NCBI RefSeq assembly: GCF_006345805.1
Contig: NC_042999.1
Location: forward strand, 92,566,001 to 92,630,000
Source of the DNA: Octopus sinensis
Taxonomy: Eukaryota
Length of the DNA stretch: 64,000 nucleotides
Direction: 5' to 3'
Program-made: the position numbers and the translations under genes
Shown: in pieces, positions 25,190-39,147 of the stretch
How positions within the stretch are numbered: the stretch's first letter is position 1
How the letters are laid out: every line of letters begins with the position of its first letter
Notes under the pieces: model-generated
Told to the model about the DNA's origin: nothing
What the model saw: only the letters and a program-made list of their open reading frames with translations
Databases searched by the model: none

Positions 25190-26192
25190 TAGAAAAACAC
25201 CGACAGCAAAGGATAAAATCATGTGCCACACATGGCAGGGCAGAAACGTTACAAACCGTCTTTCTGGGACTTTGAAGGACGACTGGTGGTCACGGAAGCG
25301 ACGTTTGAAAGATGTACTAGCTTTACAAACTTGGGATGTGGCTATATTCGCACTCCTGGTATATCTCCGGACCTGGGGTGCTGAGCTGGCAGAATCGTTA
25401 GCACGCCGGGCGAAATGCGCAGCCGTATTTCGTCTGTCGTTACGTTCTGAGCTCAAATTCCGCTGAGGTGGACTTTGCTTTTCATCCTTTCGGGGTCGAT
25501 TAAATAAGTACTAGTTACGCACTGGGGTCGATATAATCGACTTAATCCGTTTGTCTGTCTTGTTTGTCCTCTCTGTGTTTAGCCCCTTGTGGGTAGTAAA
25601 GAAATAGGTAACACTGTTGCTGACGTAGTCGATATGGTGTAATGATCCGGCGGTATTCTCGGTGTGGTTATCACTACTGGTCATATGGTTGGCAATGTAG
25701 CTGCCGGCGTTAGTACAAGTGCGGTCGGTGGTAACATATGGTGCGGCGCCGGTCATCCGATCGGTGTCGATGATAATTGTTTGGCCATCATTTGTGGTGA
25801 TGGTACTAGGAACGCCGGATACCTCATCTGTGTCGCTGGTCCTGGATTGGTTACCATCTCTAGGTGTGGAGATTGTACTAGTGGTAACATGTGGTGCGGG
25901 GCTGTGGCAATGGTTTGTTCATCATTCTGTGGTGGTGGTACTGAGGTCGTCGGTTACGTCCTCTGTGACACTGGTCTCTGGCTGTGGTAATTGTACTGGC
26001 GTGAGATCTGGTTAATCTACTAATATTGCTGTTGGATGGTACATTGCTGGTAATGCGGATAGCAGGTCTAGGTGTCGCCGTAGTTTCATAGGTGACTCCT
26101 TCAGTCTCGCATCGGCCTTCTACAGGACAGGTGTTATATATCCTGCAAGAAACTCTTAGGCCGTGCCTGTTAAATAATTACATGTATCTGTG

Positions 26193-26223
<31 letters not shown>

Positions 26224-27830
26224 TGTGTGTGTGTGTGTGAAATGTTTGTCTATTAATCTAAGGAAAATCCTTCCCACACAAGTATTGATGTTGAGCGAGA
26301 AGGGTGGAGCAAACTTAACGACGTTTCTGCGGAGCTTCCTTTTCCTGGTGCTAGGGCCGGGTATGTGGAAGATGCGGTCCTTAAACCCACTCGATGCTAG
26401 TGCCTCATTCTAGTAGGGGCCAGCAGCGTCGAAGATAGCTTGGCTAGAGGAGAGATTCGAGATCCTCTTGCTTGCACCTTTCACTAGGTTCTTGAAAACT
26501 ATAGGGGGTGGCATGAGGCTGTGCTAATATAGGACAGTCTCTAATTGTCTTGTGATGGGGTTGTATGTACCAGAGTCCAGATCTAAAGTAGTATCTAAGA
26601 AATCTACTGTGGTGAGATTAGTCATAATGGTGATATTGGGTCCAATTGAGCCTACGCGCTAATTAGGTCCTTTCTAAGTCTATCTAATATGTGTTCGTTG
26701 GCTCCTCGAGAGATGGCTAGGGAGTCATCTCTGTAGAGACCGAAGAGAACCAAAGGAAACCTCTTCCATAAGATGTCCAGGATACACAGTCCGATAAGAT
26801 CACAGACATCGGTGCTGTCATATGTTCCCATAGCCACATCAAAGGAGCCCTCGGGGTCAGATTGCTTGACCCATGTCAAATTTTTGCTGAACAGCACCGT
26901 CTTCCTGGCATGTATGATAACTCTAACATCACTATCACTAATATCTGTGAAGCCCTTAGCAAAGGAAAGTTCCTTCATCAATAACTCTTTTGAAATTGAT
27001 GGTTAAAAGTCGACAATGTCGAACTATGTAAAAGTAGCCCTGTCTCTGTACTGGCTGGCAATAAACCATGAGATTACCTCATTAGTGGTGCGATATTGGG
27101 GGGGGGGGCATGTGTGCCTTCTTATGTCATCATTAATCTTTCTCAGTATATATTTACTCGCCTGGCCAATCTCGGACTTGACCGAGTTGATCAGGTGGCA
27201 TTTGGGGTTAGAAGCAAAATTCGGCTGTGGTCTTTTAAAGTGATAAAGGCCTTTCTCTTGGCCAAGATCTCTACTCTGTTTGCTATACATAGGTTAACTG
27301 CTATCTGTTTAGCCTCACAGTTAATGTTATTATAAGTGGGGCGGGGAGCACATCTGCATATTTGTATTATAGAATCACTTAAAAGCCCATCGTAAATGTA
27401 TGTATCTATCACGTATGTTCGTAGTCTTATCCGAGAAGATTAAGGACCTGTTAGAGTTTCTTAATTTGTTGCATATCTTCACGTAGTTTGCTTTGAAAAT
27501 GGGAAAAGAAATTTCAGCCTGGATATTGTGGCCAGTACGTAAGTTTCGAATGCCTCGAGTTCCTTGATCTTAGGTGGGAAGTTCCTTGACTTGATAACGT
27601 ACGTATTGGCCTCAGTGGGCAGCATTCATTGATCTTACAAAAAAGACTTCTATCTCGTGCGCTTTATAAGGTCTATCATTTTCTCCAGTAACATTTTCGT
27701 GTAGAAATCATTGGAAGGTATTGGGGTAATCTTTGTAGAATACTCTATATCGAAACGTTCCATGTTATCCTTGGGGTAGCAATTGATAATGCAGGGGTCG
27801 GTACAGTTAGCAAAGGCAGACGATGTAGTA
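25190..27830 (-). pseudogene. Penelope-like retroelement (tentatively Naiad-type): RT + GIY-YIG, near full length, decayed
   Basis: ATG at ~27763 then YSTKITPIPS..., FSDKTTN, FDVAMGTYDSTDVCDLIG, FGLYRDDSL, GRIFLRLIDKHF, LFNRHGLRVS, CRIYNTCPVEGRCETEGVTY and FKRRFRDHQSSF...HVW. Interrupted by an expanded (CA)n at 26190-26240 and a SINE at 25375-25608. Confidence 0.85.
25375..25608 (+). mobile_element. SINE family A, full length, nested in the Penelope element
   Basis: GAGCTGGCAGAATCGTTAGCACGCC head, CTTTTCATCCTTTCGGGGTCGAT domain, tail AGCCCCTTGTGGGTAGTAAAGAAAT. Confidence 0.85.
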
Positions 27831-27945
27831 GTCTTCGTAAGATACTTTGTAACCGGGCAGTGGATAGATAGTCAATAAAACACATATAAGAAAATAAGCA
27901 GACCCTAAAGAGATAGAGCAGTAATGTACGTACACATACATGCAG

Positions 27946-27994
<49 letters not shown>

Positions 27995-28073
27995 TAGATA
28001 AATATAAATATAAATATAAACATAAATATAAATATAATATAAATATAAATAATAAATATAAATAAATAAATGA

Positions 28074-28141
<68 letters not shown>

Positions 28142-28734
28142 TTGTGTGTGTGTGCGGGTATGTATATATGATTATATATATATTTATATAACATGTATAT
28201 AATATAAATTAATACACAAACACATTTATTATTCACCATCACGTAGTAATATTTTCTTGCCATATATTTCGGGAAATAGCAACCAAAGCTGCCCTAAACC
28301 ATACCCCACTGTCTTTCAACAAATGATAGAGAGAATAACAATTTGAAATGATGAAGTACTATCAAAAGTAGAAACGGGTGAAGTCGGAAATATATAGTCA
28401 TGTCAGCTAAAGAAGGATTTGAAAATATGTTTGCGTGACGTCTCTGTTGTATTTTTTCTGACACTACCTCTCTAATAGGGAAATAGAAAGTGATAAAGAA
28501 TGAAAAGCGTACGAGAAAGTGAAAGAGGAGAAAGAGAGACAGTGTGTTAGAAAGACGAATAGGAATGATGGTGAATGATTGTCATATACAGGATCATTGA
28601 GATACAACGGATTAGAATTTCTAAATGTAGCATCTTTAAATACGAAGCAGATAGCCTCTTTGACTGATGGGTAAGTTTACCTACTGATGGCATTTAAAAC
28701 AGTGTCAGATAAATGGAAGAGCTCGTTTAATAAT

Positions 28735-28928
28735 TATTTCTAATTTTGGCACAAGGCCGGCAATTCAAAGGGAAAGCGGAAGACCGTTACATCGACCCAA
28801 ATGCTCCATTTCACTGATCGCTAAAGGATGAAAATCACGATGGACATCGGCGTCATTTGAACTCAAAACGTCCAAAGCCAAGATGCCAATGAGCATTTTG
28901 TCCGGTGCAGTAACGATTTTGGTAGCTC
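28735..28928 (-). mobile_element. Old degenerate SINE related to family A
   Basis: AAAGGATGAAA, ATTTGAACTCAAAACG and GCATTTTGTCCGGTGCAGTAACGATT match the reverse complement of family A. Confidence 0.55.
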
Positions 28929-29378
28929 ATAACATTTTAGTTAAAAAAATATGTTATGTTTATGATATCTGGATATCACATGGTACCTTTGATATTTTGA
29001 TACATGCATGTGTATATAAGTACGCGTAAATCTATGTATAGTACACACACACACGCATATAATGTATACATATATATATCATGTGTAAGAAAATGGAAAT
29101 AAAAAATGATAATTGATAAACAATTATTATTTATGGACAACATCATACATACATACATGCATACATATATATATATATATAAATATATATATATATACTA
29201 TCATATATATATATACTGTCGTTGCCGGATCATAGTGCTAGTGCATGTATATATGTGTATATATATGTGTACATATTACATGTACATCTATATATATATA
29301 CATCTACACATAAAATACAAAATGCAAAGTTATATCTTGATATCGCTAGTGATAACAAAACTCAAAATATATAACACA

Positions 29379-30201
29379 CTGGAATTGTTAGCCCGTCTCT
29401 TGTAATTTCGATCAATTGTATTTTGTCCTCCCTCTTGTATAGAAGTGTGGCTACAATCCAGCCTACCTCTACTTCGGGGGGGGGGGGGGAGGGGGGATTT
29501 AAAAATTTTTCCGGGACGTCCTACGTCCCAGATATAAAGGTAAATATAAAATATTTCCACTTTGCATGTTCGAGTCGAGTACTCCATTGCACGCTCCGTT
29601 GACTCGAACCTTGCTTCTATTGTGGCGAATTTACCGCCTCTGATTAGATACCTTTCATAGTCGCACCAAGACACTTTTCGAAGGTGCTTTCCTCCATGTG
29701 TTCAAATCTTCTTTTTTCTCTACATTGTATACTTTATAGACAATAGTCTTTTCTTTAATTTAATTTTTTATTATCCATCTGGACTATTTCCTTTCTGCGC
29801 GCGAATTTTATTTATAATTTATTCCCATTCATGTGAAACCACTTATTCAAGTTCAAATCATTGATGCAATTTTATACCAATTGCTATTTTTAATTTTGTT
29901 ATGTTACTTTAATTTGATTTTAATTATTACTTACTACATATAATTCAATTGTTATTATTATTTTTATTGTTAAAGTGAAAGTATCTGACATAAAATAGAG
30001 AAATGTTTTTGTTTCACTTTTAACACGTAATACTGAAATAGTGGAGAAGATAAGATATTGCTATGGGCTCGCTCTAGGCAAGAAGTTGAACATTTTGTTT
30101 TTGTCCATGAAACTTTGAATAAAATTGGTTATGTAGTTCTCAAGTTTTAGGGAAACACACAGACAGACAGACACACATTCTCAGTTTTATATATATAAAG
30201 A
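29379..30201 (-). mobile_element. Probable non-autonomous Helitron
   Basis: On the - strand it begins A|TCTTTATATATATAAAACTGAGAATGTGTGTCTGTCTGTCTG, resembling Lep1/Helibat-type 5' ends. It ends ...GACGGGCTAACAATTCCAG|T, a degenerate CTAG end with half a hairpin. Confidence 0.45.
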
Positions 30202-30375
30202 TATATATGTATTTCGTTTTTGGATTTGGTTTGCAAAAGTGTCAAGACTATTCAAAAGGTTGCAAGACGCATGGAAAATTTTAGGAAAATAAAAATAAGA
30301 AATAAGTGGAAATTTTACTGGTGAGTGTATTAAATTATAAGGCACAAAAAAAAATGACTCTAACCAAACACAACA

Positions 30376-30415
<40 letters not shown>

Positions 30416-30674
30416 GTATGTGTGTGTGTGTGTTTGTGAATGTGTGTGTGTGTACGTGTAGCATAGCTGCAACAGTTTTCGTCAATTAACGTAATATAAT
30501 AGGTATGTACTATAAGTTTGGTTTACCATTCAAATTCTAACTTGAACTGCAACTGAAATGTGCTGCTGGAATAGTCCATCAAACGTGGCTAGAAGTGGTT
30601 CATGATTGAAGAGGGAGATATATACATTGAAATACATAATGAGAAAGCAAAGCAGCATCATTCTAGAACATTTC

Positions 30675-31205
30675 ATTGATAATTTAAGCATAATGCAGAG
30701 TACTTAAAATAAATACGTAGTCTCTTCAACTCTTTCTAGAATAGCTACACATTTATGCGATTGAGTAAAGAATTCCACGTAAGCTAAGAATTCCGTCTCT
30801 TCCAACGCTTACCAACGAAAATTTGATTAATTCGAAGATGGAATTAGTAACTTCCATTATCTCTTACCATGGATTCTCCTTGCGAATTCACCTACGGAAC
30901 TGTTAACATCTTTTACTTCGGATTTTATTAAACCTTCGGTCATGGAACTATCAAGCATATCTATTTTCCACTCAGGAAATACTTTGGTTTCTCGAAGAAC
31001 TGGTAGCTACTAATAACCTCGACTGAGTATATTCTACATTTCAATATTTTCTTATTTCTCTCTTTCAGATGACGAAATACTTAGCTTACGTAGAAATCCT
31101 AACTGAATAACATATGCCCCACATGCTTACCTGTTCCACAAATAACTGTAAGAAACTTTACGTATCTATTATAACTACTCTGCATTGTGTTTATAATTAT
31201 GAATT
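30675..31205. repeat. Degenerate long inverted repeat (MITE-like)
   Basis: ATAATTTAAGCATAATGCAGAGTACTTAAAATAAATACGTA pairs with 31159-31200, and ACGTAAGCTAAGAATTCCGTC pairs with GACGAAATACTTAGCTTACGT. Confidence 0.7.
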
Positions 31206-31340
31206 AAGAGCTCTAAAGTGATATCATATAGTTTCATAGTTCATTATTAGATTGATGTGGGTGTGCGCACACACACACACGCACACAGACACAGACACAC
31301 TCACATACAAACATATATATATATATATACTTATATATAT

Positions 31341-31391
<51 letters not shown>

Positions 31392-31634
31392 GCATATATA
31401 TATATACGATATGTTCACACGTATGCTGATGCAGGTGCATCTATATACATATGTGTGTGTCTATGTGTGTGTGTGTGTGTGTTTGTGTGCATATTTAGAT
31501 GAATGTATATATTCATAGAGATATACATACACCATCTCCTCATGACTGTATATAGCCTATAGCGATGCGTTCCATATATATATATACATACATACATATA
31601 CACATGCATTAATATATAAACATATATATATATA

Positions 31635-32488
31635 CGTAATCTGATCAATAGGTATCCGGACTGTTGCCATAGTAACTAAGCTAAAGCACGCAGAGTAAAG
31701 CCGCTTGGCACAGATTGATTTCGAATGCTGTTGTTCACGCGCACTAAGTTTTAACGTTCGGGCGCACCGTCGCTGTGTACAACAGTGCTTAGAAGGAACG
31801 TGTGTAGCGTGTGATCGTCTCATTGACCATCACAGGGGAAGTTAAGCAGATAATCCGCATCACATTCTACTAAAAGCTTGGCGAGGCCTGCTCAGAGCCC
31901 TATGCAAAGTTTTCAAAAATTTTCATCGTTCTCAACACAATCAAGGAGATCTAGTGCTACTGAAACCCGAGTGTCTTTTAAGTCAGCTGAAAGCAGTTTT
32001 GCCACAAACTTGGCAGTCACGTGTATTATACCCAAATCTTCAGTGATAATGGCCTGAGCCGTAACTTGTCTGCACATCTTCTGATAACCCCACGGATGGT
32101 GATTCGATTATTTCCCTTCACAGCGGCACGCACATTTGCGATGTTTTTCTCAGTTCTGCTGGTTGAGGGTCTCCTAGAACGTTCGTCTATATAGTCAATA
32201 TTTCGGCCATCTTGCAACACTAGCATACTTGTGTGCGGCTCATACACTCCTCTCCATACACTTTCTGCAACTTTGTGTAGGCCTCTGAGCAGGTATCGCC
32301 ATGACAACTTTCCATGGTCAATGCGACGATCACACGCTACACAAGTTCCTTCCATGCACTGCTGTAAACAGCAGAAGTGAGCTAGAACGTTAAAACTTAG
32401 TGCACACGCACAGCAGAGTTTAAGGTCAACTTTTGTTCTTTAGCTTTGTTACTATGGCAACAGTCCGGATACTTATTGATCAGACCTC

Positions 32489-32489
<1 letters not shown>
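31635..32489 (-). mobile_element. Mariner-derived non-autonomous element with ~200-bp inverted ends and TA TSD
   Basis: TIR CTGATCAATA.GTATCCGGACTGTTGCCATAGTAAC.AAGCTAAAG at both ends, flanked by TA. Remnant DERSRRPSTSRTEKNIANVRAAVKGNNRITIR. Confidence 0.85.
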
Positions 32490-32540
<51 letters not shown>

Positions 32541-32684
32541 TGGTGTGTGTGTGTATGTATAGATATGTAGTAATATTCAGTTGTAGGATTCGTTAAAATG
32601 TAGGTATTTCATCGTGCAGGATGCTGGATTAGGCCGAGTTAGTTGCATATTGTAAGTTTTTTATAAATACATGCACAAGTCAAA

Positions 32685-32794
32685 TACACATACATACATG
32701 CATACATACATATATACATACACACACATACGTACATACATACATACATACATACATACACACACATACGTACATACATACATATATACATACA

Positions 32795-32825
<31 letters not shown>

Positions 32826-32902
32826 GCACATACATACATACATATGCACATACATACATACATACATACATACATACATACATACATACATACATACATT
32901 CA

Positions 32903-32933
<31 letters not shown>

Positions 32934-32945
32934 GCACATACATAC
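32685..32945. repeat. (CATA)n microsatellite
   Basis: Directly visible. Confidence 0.95.
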
Positions 32946-33145
32946 TGCCTAAATACCAAGCTTGAAAAATTCGGCTTTTGAAAACAAGAAAGAAGAAAGA
33001 TGATCCTTAAAAGTTTCCAGAAATTTATCATTTAAGTATATATGAGCATTTATATATCTAGCTATATGCATGAGAATTTATATATGAAACAAAATATGCA
33101 AATGTGCACATATACACATATATATATATATGCATACGTACATAC
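32946..33145 (+). mobile_element. R4/Dong-like extreme 3' fragment in (CATA)n
   Basis: CTGCCTAAATACCAAGCTTGAAAAATT...TTCCAGAAATTTATCATTTAA...TATGAAACAAAATATGCAAAT matches 17169-17360. Confidence 0.6.
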
Positions 33146-33149
33146 ATAT

Positions 33150-34090
33150 TACGTTGTTTCACATGAAATGTATTTGAAAGGTAACAATAAAATGTTTTAG
33201 ATGTGTTAGAGAACTGATTTATTTAATCAAAGTTTGATCTATGTTCATTTATGACGTTTACCCAACATTTCTGTATATCATATATTCCTTCTTTAAAAAA
33301 AACAATTCATCTTTTGCTGTGATAAACTCTCCGAATGCTTCGATAACCTCTTCTCTATTTAAAAATGTTTTATTGCTTATGAAAAGCTCAATATGCTTAA
33401 ATAAGTGATTAGTAGAAGAGATATCAGGAGAATAGGGAGGATGTTGCAAAATCTTATAATTAAGGCTTTGAAACTTTTGGACTGTGTGAGGACGTGCATT
33501 GTCGTGGAGCAAAATTGGGCCATCTCTAATCACTAGTCTGGGTTCTTTTTCTAATTCTCATGCATACAATCAATTTCCGACCACCATACAGTGACCATTA
33601 AATTTTAGGGTGTAATGGTGGGTTTGGGTAGTGTTTAGGTGACTCTCCTACATTTAATTGCTATCCTATTCTCCTGCTCTTATCAAAGAGTATCCATTTC
33701 TTATCACAAGTAATGATCTGATGTAAAAATGGCATTTTTTCAGTCGGGAAAGCAATTAGGAGCTCACTTCGAGGCGTCTGTTTTTTTTTTGTTTGTTTTT
33801 TAACCTCGTTCAGTTAACGTGGAACAAACCTATGCATTTTCTTGACTTTTCTAATTTTTTTACAGGTGTCCAAGAACAGTTGTATGAGATGTTTGGAGTT
33901 CTGATGAAAGTTTTCGAGCCTCTGCTCTCGGATTTTGTTCAACTAAAGCATTTAATCCACCATGCCGAATAACTGATTTTGGTCTACCCTTTCGTTTATT
34001 TGCAAGGCTTATCATCTGAACGTGAGCTTTGGAACCATCTCTGAACAGTTGTGATGTCAACAAAAGCATTACCTGTTGATGTTGAAATTC
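33150..34090 (-). pseudogene. Mariner (DD34D) transposase pseudogene
   Basis: GPILLHDNARPHT, HPPYSPDIS, GRPK...ALVEQNPR...RKLSSELQTSHTTVLGHL and I.TCDKKWI. Confidence 0.88.
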
Positions 34091-34179
34091 CAATGACGGA
34101 GCCTTGTATCTAAGTTAGAATCAGGATCTTTCTCGATTGACAAGAAGTCTTGAAATAAAACTGAATAATGTCATATATA

Positions 34180-34258
<79 letters not shown>

Positions 34259-34766
34259 TATATATATACATATATATACACAAATAGTCACCCGGTCCAA
34301 TATGCACTATAAATCCAGCCTAAAGATTTTTCCAAGTATGGCGTTTGCGTAAAAGAAGAACACAATGCTAAATGCATAGGAAGCCAATTCTTGCTATGTA
34401 TTTAGCACTGTGATCAAATTCTTTACCCACTTATATCATTAATTGTTTAAAATCAGCTGACGACGCCAGATGTTTGTCACGAAGTGATCGATGTAATCGA
34501 AGTAATCGAAATATTCACCAATAAAAATTCTGCTGAAACAACTGTTGTTAATTTTAAAACTCCACTTGTGTTCTTCCTTATATATATATACATACACGAT
34601 GCTTCATTCCATTCATAGTCACATTTTACCTACCTCTGGTGCCATATTGCAATGACTCATCATCTTCACAGCATAAACAATATTTAGCATTTATATTGTT
34701 TTTTCTTTTGTTTCATAGACACACTGACGCACACACACGCTGATGGGTACAAACACACGAGAACAA

Positions 34767-34823
<57 letters not shown>

Positions 34824-34841
34824 GTACGCATGTTCTTCCCC

Positions 34842-34895
<54 letters not shown>

Positions 34896-35415
34896 GACAC
34901 CCATGTTTCTACATAGGTAGAAACATGTATAAAAACATAAACCATACAGAATATAGTAATTAATGACTAAACCTAAAATTTACTTTCGTGCCAGCTGGCT
35001 TGTAATTATAAATCTCTAAATCCCCGTGTCTCTCCTTTCTCTACTTTTGTCTTAGTGCATGACTCCTATATGGTTGACCTTTTCTATTTCTCACTCTCAC
35101 AAGCATTGATCATCATACGTTTCTCTATATCTTTCTATCACCCAACTACTCCCTTCCTGTCTATCTCATTCCCTATGACATCCTTTCTTGCGATGTGCAT
35201 ATATGTGTACGTGAGTGTGTGTGTCTGTGTGTTTGTGTGTGTGCATAAGTATATGTTTGTCTGAGTGTATGGGTAAGACTTTTCTTTTCTGGATGGTATG
35301 CCATGTTAAAAACATAAGCATCTACGAGTTTAGTCTTCTTCTTAAGCTGGTTTTCGTATATCCTTATAAGAATTTGTTGCTTGTTCGGAACTATTAAGTT
35401 CCTATACTGGACTTT

Positions 35416-35456
35416 AATCGACGTTTCGAGGCTATCTCAGCCTTATCATCAGGTTG
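35416..35456 (-). ncRNA. Hammerhead-like motif with canonical core
   Basis: Reverse complement CTGATGA-TA-AGGCT gagat AGCCT-C-GAAA-CGTC (GUC triplet). Stem I is weak. Confidence 0.5.
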
Positions 35457-35519
35457 TAAATTATTCTTGGTTCTTGGACTACTTCTGTTTTAGCGGAACT
35501 CTAACTTGAACAACTATAA

Positions 35520-35870
35520 GCCAAACATTTGCCTCATTGTTCAAACAACAGATGTGAATATCTCTTTGAAAATCAAAGAGAAAGAGGATTACTATGGACA
35601 ATTGCTGCGAAAGCTCCAGCTTCTATATCTAGGTTATAAATTCACATTTATACCAATCATAATTTAACGACTTGGTTTTGTGAGTAATTGACTAAGAGAT
35701 AATCTGTAACTAAGTGACAACTAACTCGCTGATTACAAATACAATCTTTAAGTGGAAAAAATCAAAATATGCAACACATTCCTCAAATTTAAAATGTGAC
35801 ATTATCTTTATCATCTACAAAGCTCCTGTGAGAGAGATTTATATCTTTGTTAGAAACAAATCCTACTTTA
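35520..35870 (+). pseudogene. R4/Dong-like 3' fragment
   Basis: ATATCTCTTTGAAAATCAAAGAGAAAGAGGATTACTATGGACAA... is near-identical to 15170-15320. Confidence 0.7.
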
Positions 35871-36399
35871 GAGGAAGAATTGAAATAATTAAAGTCGAAA
35901 GAGAATATATACATAGATACATACATATGTGTGTGTGTATTTCTGTGTATACATATATATATTTCACTGGAAATTTTGCTAGTATATAATATTTATATCT
36001 AAATGATTTTTTCCCTTGAAAATGACGTTTGTCTCGCAACCAATACCTACGTATGAACTACTGATGTTGTTTGACTTGCTAGAAATTGCAGCAAAATTAT
36101 CCTAAACCAGACCTTGCTGACATATAGAAAATGCTGCCGTTGGTGTAGAATAAGACGGGTTATTCAAGATTGGAACTTCTGTCATAATCCTGTGTCATTA
36201 TTCGATATTCGTGATCATGAGCGTTCCTCTGAACCAAACAACAGCCAGCAACAATCAATAACATCAACAGAAGCAGAGGAAGAAGAAGAAGGAAAAGAAG
36301 TAGATTTTGGAAATTATTTCTTATATAAAGGTGAGATACGACGAAGGGAAAGGATCAAATTGCTTGATCCAGTATTGGTTACAGCAAGTGGAGCTATCT

Positions 36400-36790
36400 T
36401 TTATATTTAACTTGTTTCAGTCACTGGACTGCAGCCTTGCTGTCGTACCGCATTGAAGTCTATAGTCGAAAAAAGCAACCTCAACACTTATAACCTGGTA
36501 CTTATTCTATCAATCGCTTAGGCCGAACCGTTGTTACCGGGGTGTAAACAAACTGACAGCAGTTGTCAAGCGGTAGCGGAGGACGAACTGAATATAAACA
36601 CGACATAATCACATGCACACAGACACACACGTGCGCATCCACACACATATACACACACGCACGTGCACAAAAGTTCACACACACAGATACACACGCACAC
36701 GTACACTCACGCACACGCACACGACAATGTGAGCTTCTTTCAGATTCCATCTAGCAAACCTATTCGCAATGTTTTGGCGACAATCAATAA
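36400..36790 (-). mobile_element. SINE family C copy
   Basis: CTTGTTTCAGTCA, GGTACTTATTCTATC, GCCGAACCG and GAGCTTCTTTCAG.TTCC.TCTA are the reverse complement of 43073-43435. Confidence 0.65.
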
Positions 36791-38339
36791 CATCTTTTTC
36801 TGTAGTGTGATCATTACTGATGCAGAACATCACCAGTCTGCTCAGATTCTGGATTTTGCCCAAACATATGTATAAACTGTTTACGACCATTACACATGGC
36901 TAATGTTCCTGATATTCATCAGAAGCAGAGTTTTTGCCATAACGATTCCGATTCTATGTTTCTTTTATATATTTATATTCTATACTAACTGCTTGTTTTG
37001 TCTTTGGCTTTATTTCACAGTTTATTGTTTCGATTACATTTGTAAAAGAAAATTTTATATTGTAAAAGGAATTATCATTTTCTCGAGCAAACAAAATTGA
37101 TTCTGCATATTAAACATCATTTTTCGGTTGTATATTGTTTAAAATTTAATAGAAATATGGATGGATTAAATCGAAGGATTTGGAACTGTTTATCTGTGAG
37201 AAGTGTTTATTTAGCAAATCTTTTATTCTATTATTTGTGGAAATTGGATCGCAAAAAAAAAAATATGTAATAGAAAAACTAAGACAGTTCAGAAACAACA
37301 CTAAATATTAATTGGCAAACTACTTCTTAGATTGTGAGACATTGATGAGTATTGCAGTACAACATAAGAAATTTACAACTTCCCATACAATAAAAACACA
37401 GCTATATTTTCAGATGACGTCACAGCTAATTGTTGCCACCATTCACCAGACATGGGTGAACATTATCAAATCTCCATTAGCCTAGGACTCTGGTCTTGCC
37501 AAAACGGAATCTATGCTGAACCAACCGGGCACAGTCTTCCTTACAACTACAGATCAGTTAAAACAAATCTCTCTCTCTCAAGAACATAAACACGATAACA
37601 GTCATCAAAGCGAATGACTATCCTAGAAATAACAGAAAAATCTGACTATATTATCTCGACTACACTACTGGATAATATGTGATGATCAGACAATTCAGAT
37701 AATAGAGCAGCAAGGAGATCGCAAGTTCCTCGGCAGCACACATATGTATAAAAGTAGTGAAATCATGCATACAAACATACATACGTACGTATGTATATAC
37801 AAACATAAATACATACGTACATCTACACATATATATACACAAAGATATAAAGGCTCACCGTTTTCCCTTTATTTTGTGTTTGGGGAGAGCAAAGCTAGAA
37901 ATTTGCAACAGATACGGACGCAGTGGTACTCACACGTGGAAGCACATGCACATGCATATCGTTGCTATTATGCAAAAATCTCGTAAGTCCAAAACGATGC
38001 TTCTTCAGAAAACGAAAAAATAGTTTCACCATTCTATAGCAAAACCGGTGTACTAGAATTTCAGAATTTTTGATATCTTGGCATCTGAAGCAACTGGAGA
38101 TACGATAGTTTGATCAAAAGAACCGGCAAAAAAAATATTGAAAAATAAATATTGAAAAAAAACCCAAACGTATTTGGTCAAATTTTGATATACGACAGTA
38201 TAACATAATAGCAAGGATATATATGTATTTGGATATGTATATGCATCTCTATCAGTCTGTCAGTTTGTCAGTCAGTCAGTCTCTCAAACTGTCAGCCCAT
38301 CTGTCAGCCTGTCTCTCAGTCTGTTTATCTATCGATCTA

Positions 38340-38455
<116 letters not shown>

Positions 38456-38876
38456 GTAGCTAGATAGATACGCGCATACAGAATATTGCTCATATTTTTC
38501 AAAAGAATGTCAATCCTTCTTATACATATGTATATGTGAATGTTGTGCGTGTGTGTGTGTCTTTGTGTACGAAACAAGTACCAGACAAGTACTGGAATCT
38601 GTTCCTATGGGGGAAAGAATTAGTAGGACTTAAATTGCCTACCACCTACATCCTTTCCCCCGGGTAGCACTGTGTACTTTTGAAGTATAAATGTGTAACA
38701 GTATTTGTGTTAATACATACACATACACATCATATCATATCATACGGAAAACACACACACACATACATACATACATATATATATATATGCATTTATATAT
38801 ATATATATGTATATATATATGTATATATATATCTATATATATATATTATATATATATTATATATTATTATATATAT

Positions 38877-38915
<39 letters not shown>

Positions 38916-39147
38916 GTAAAAAATAATACAGACATGGACAAGAACATGAAACACCAAGGAGACGACACAAGAACCACAGGACGGGACATTCGAAGCTTCA
39001 GTCATCAGTCAAGAACCAGATCATCTTCGCAATTTCGGCTGATTAATCTTGAGATTGCTCCGATCTGGGCAGCCCCCAAGGGAAATCTATGCCAAGGGCA
39101 TTAGATCCCTTGGAAGAAAGCTTCGAATGTATACAACACAAGGACGG

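Noticed and set aside
25190-27830. Selenocysteine-recoded ORF, as reported for some Naiad elements
   Set aside because: This copy has mixed stops and frameshifts, so in-frame TGA recoding or a SECIS element cannot be supported.
30868-31010. Minus-strand exon candidate LPVLRETKVFPEWKIDML...RRIH with a GTAAG donor
   Set aside because: No polypyrimidine acceptor, no recognisable homology, and it lies inside a MITE-like inverted repeat.
34455-34490. Hammerhead-like CTGACGA...GAAG (also CTGATGA at 54647 and ~39005)
   Set aside because: No convincing stem II/GAAA arrangement.
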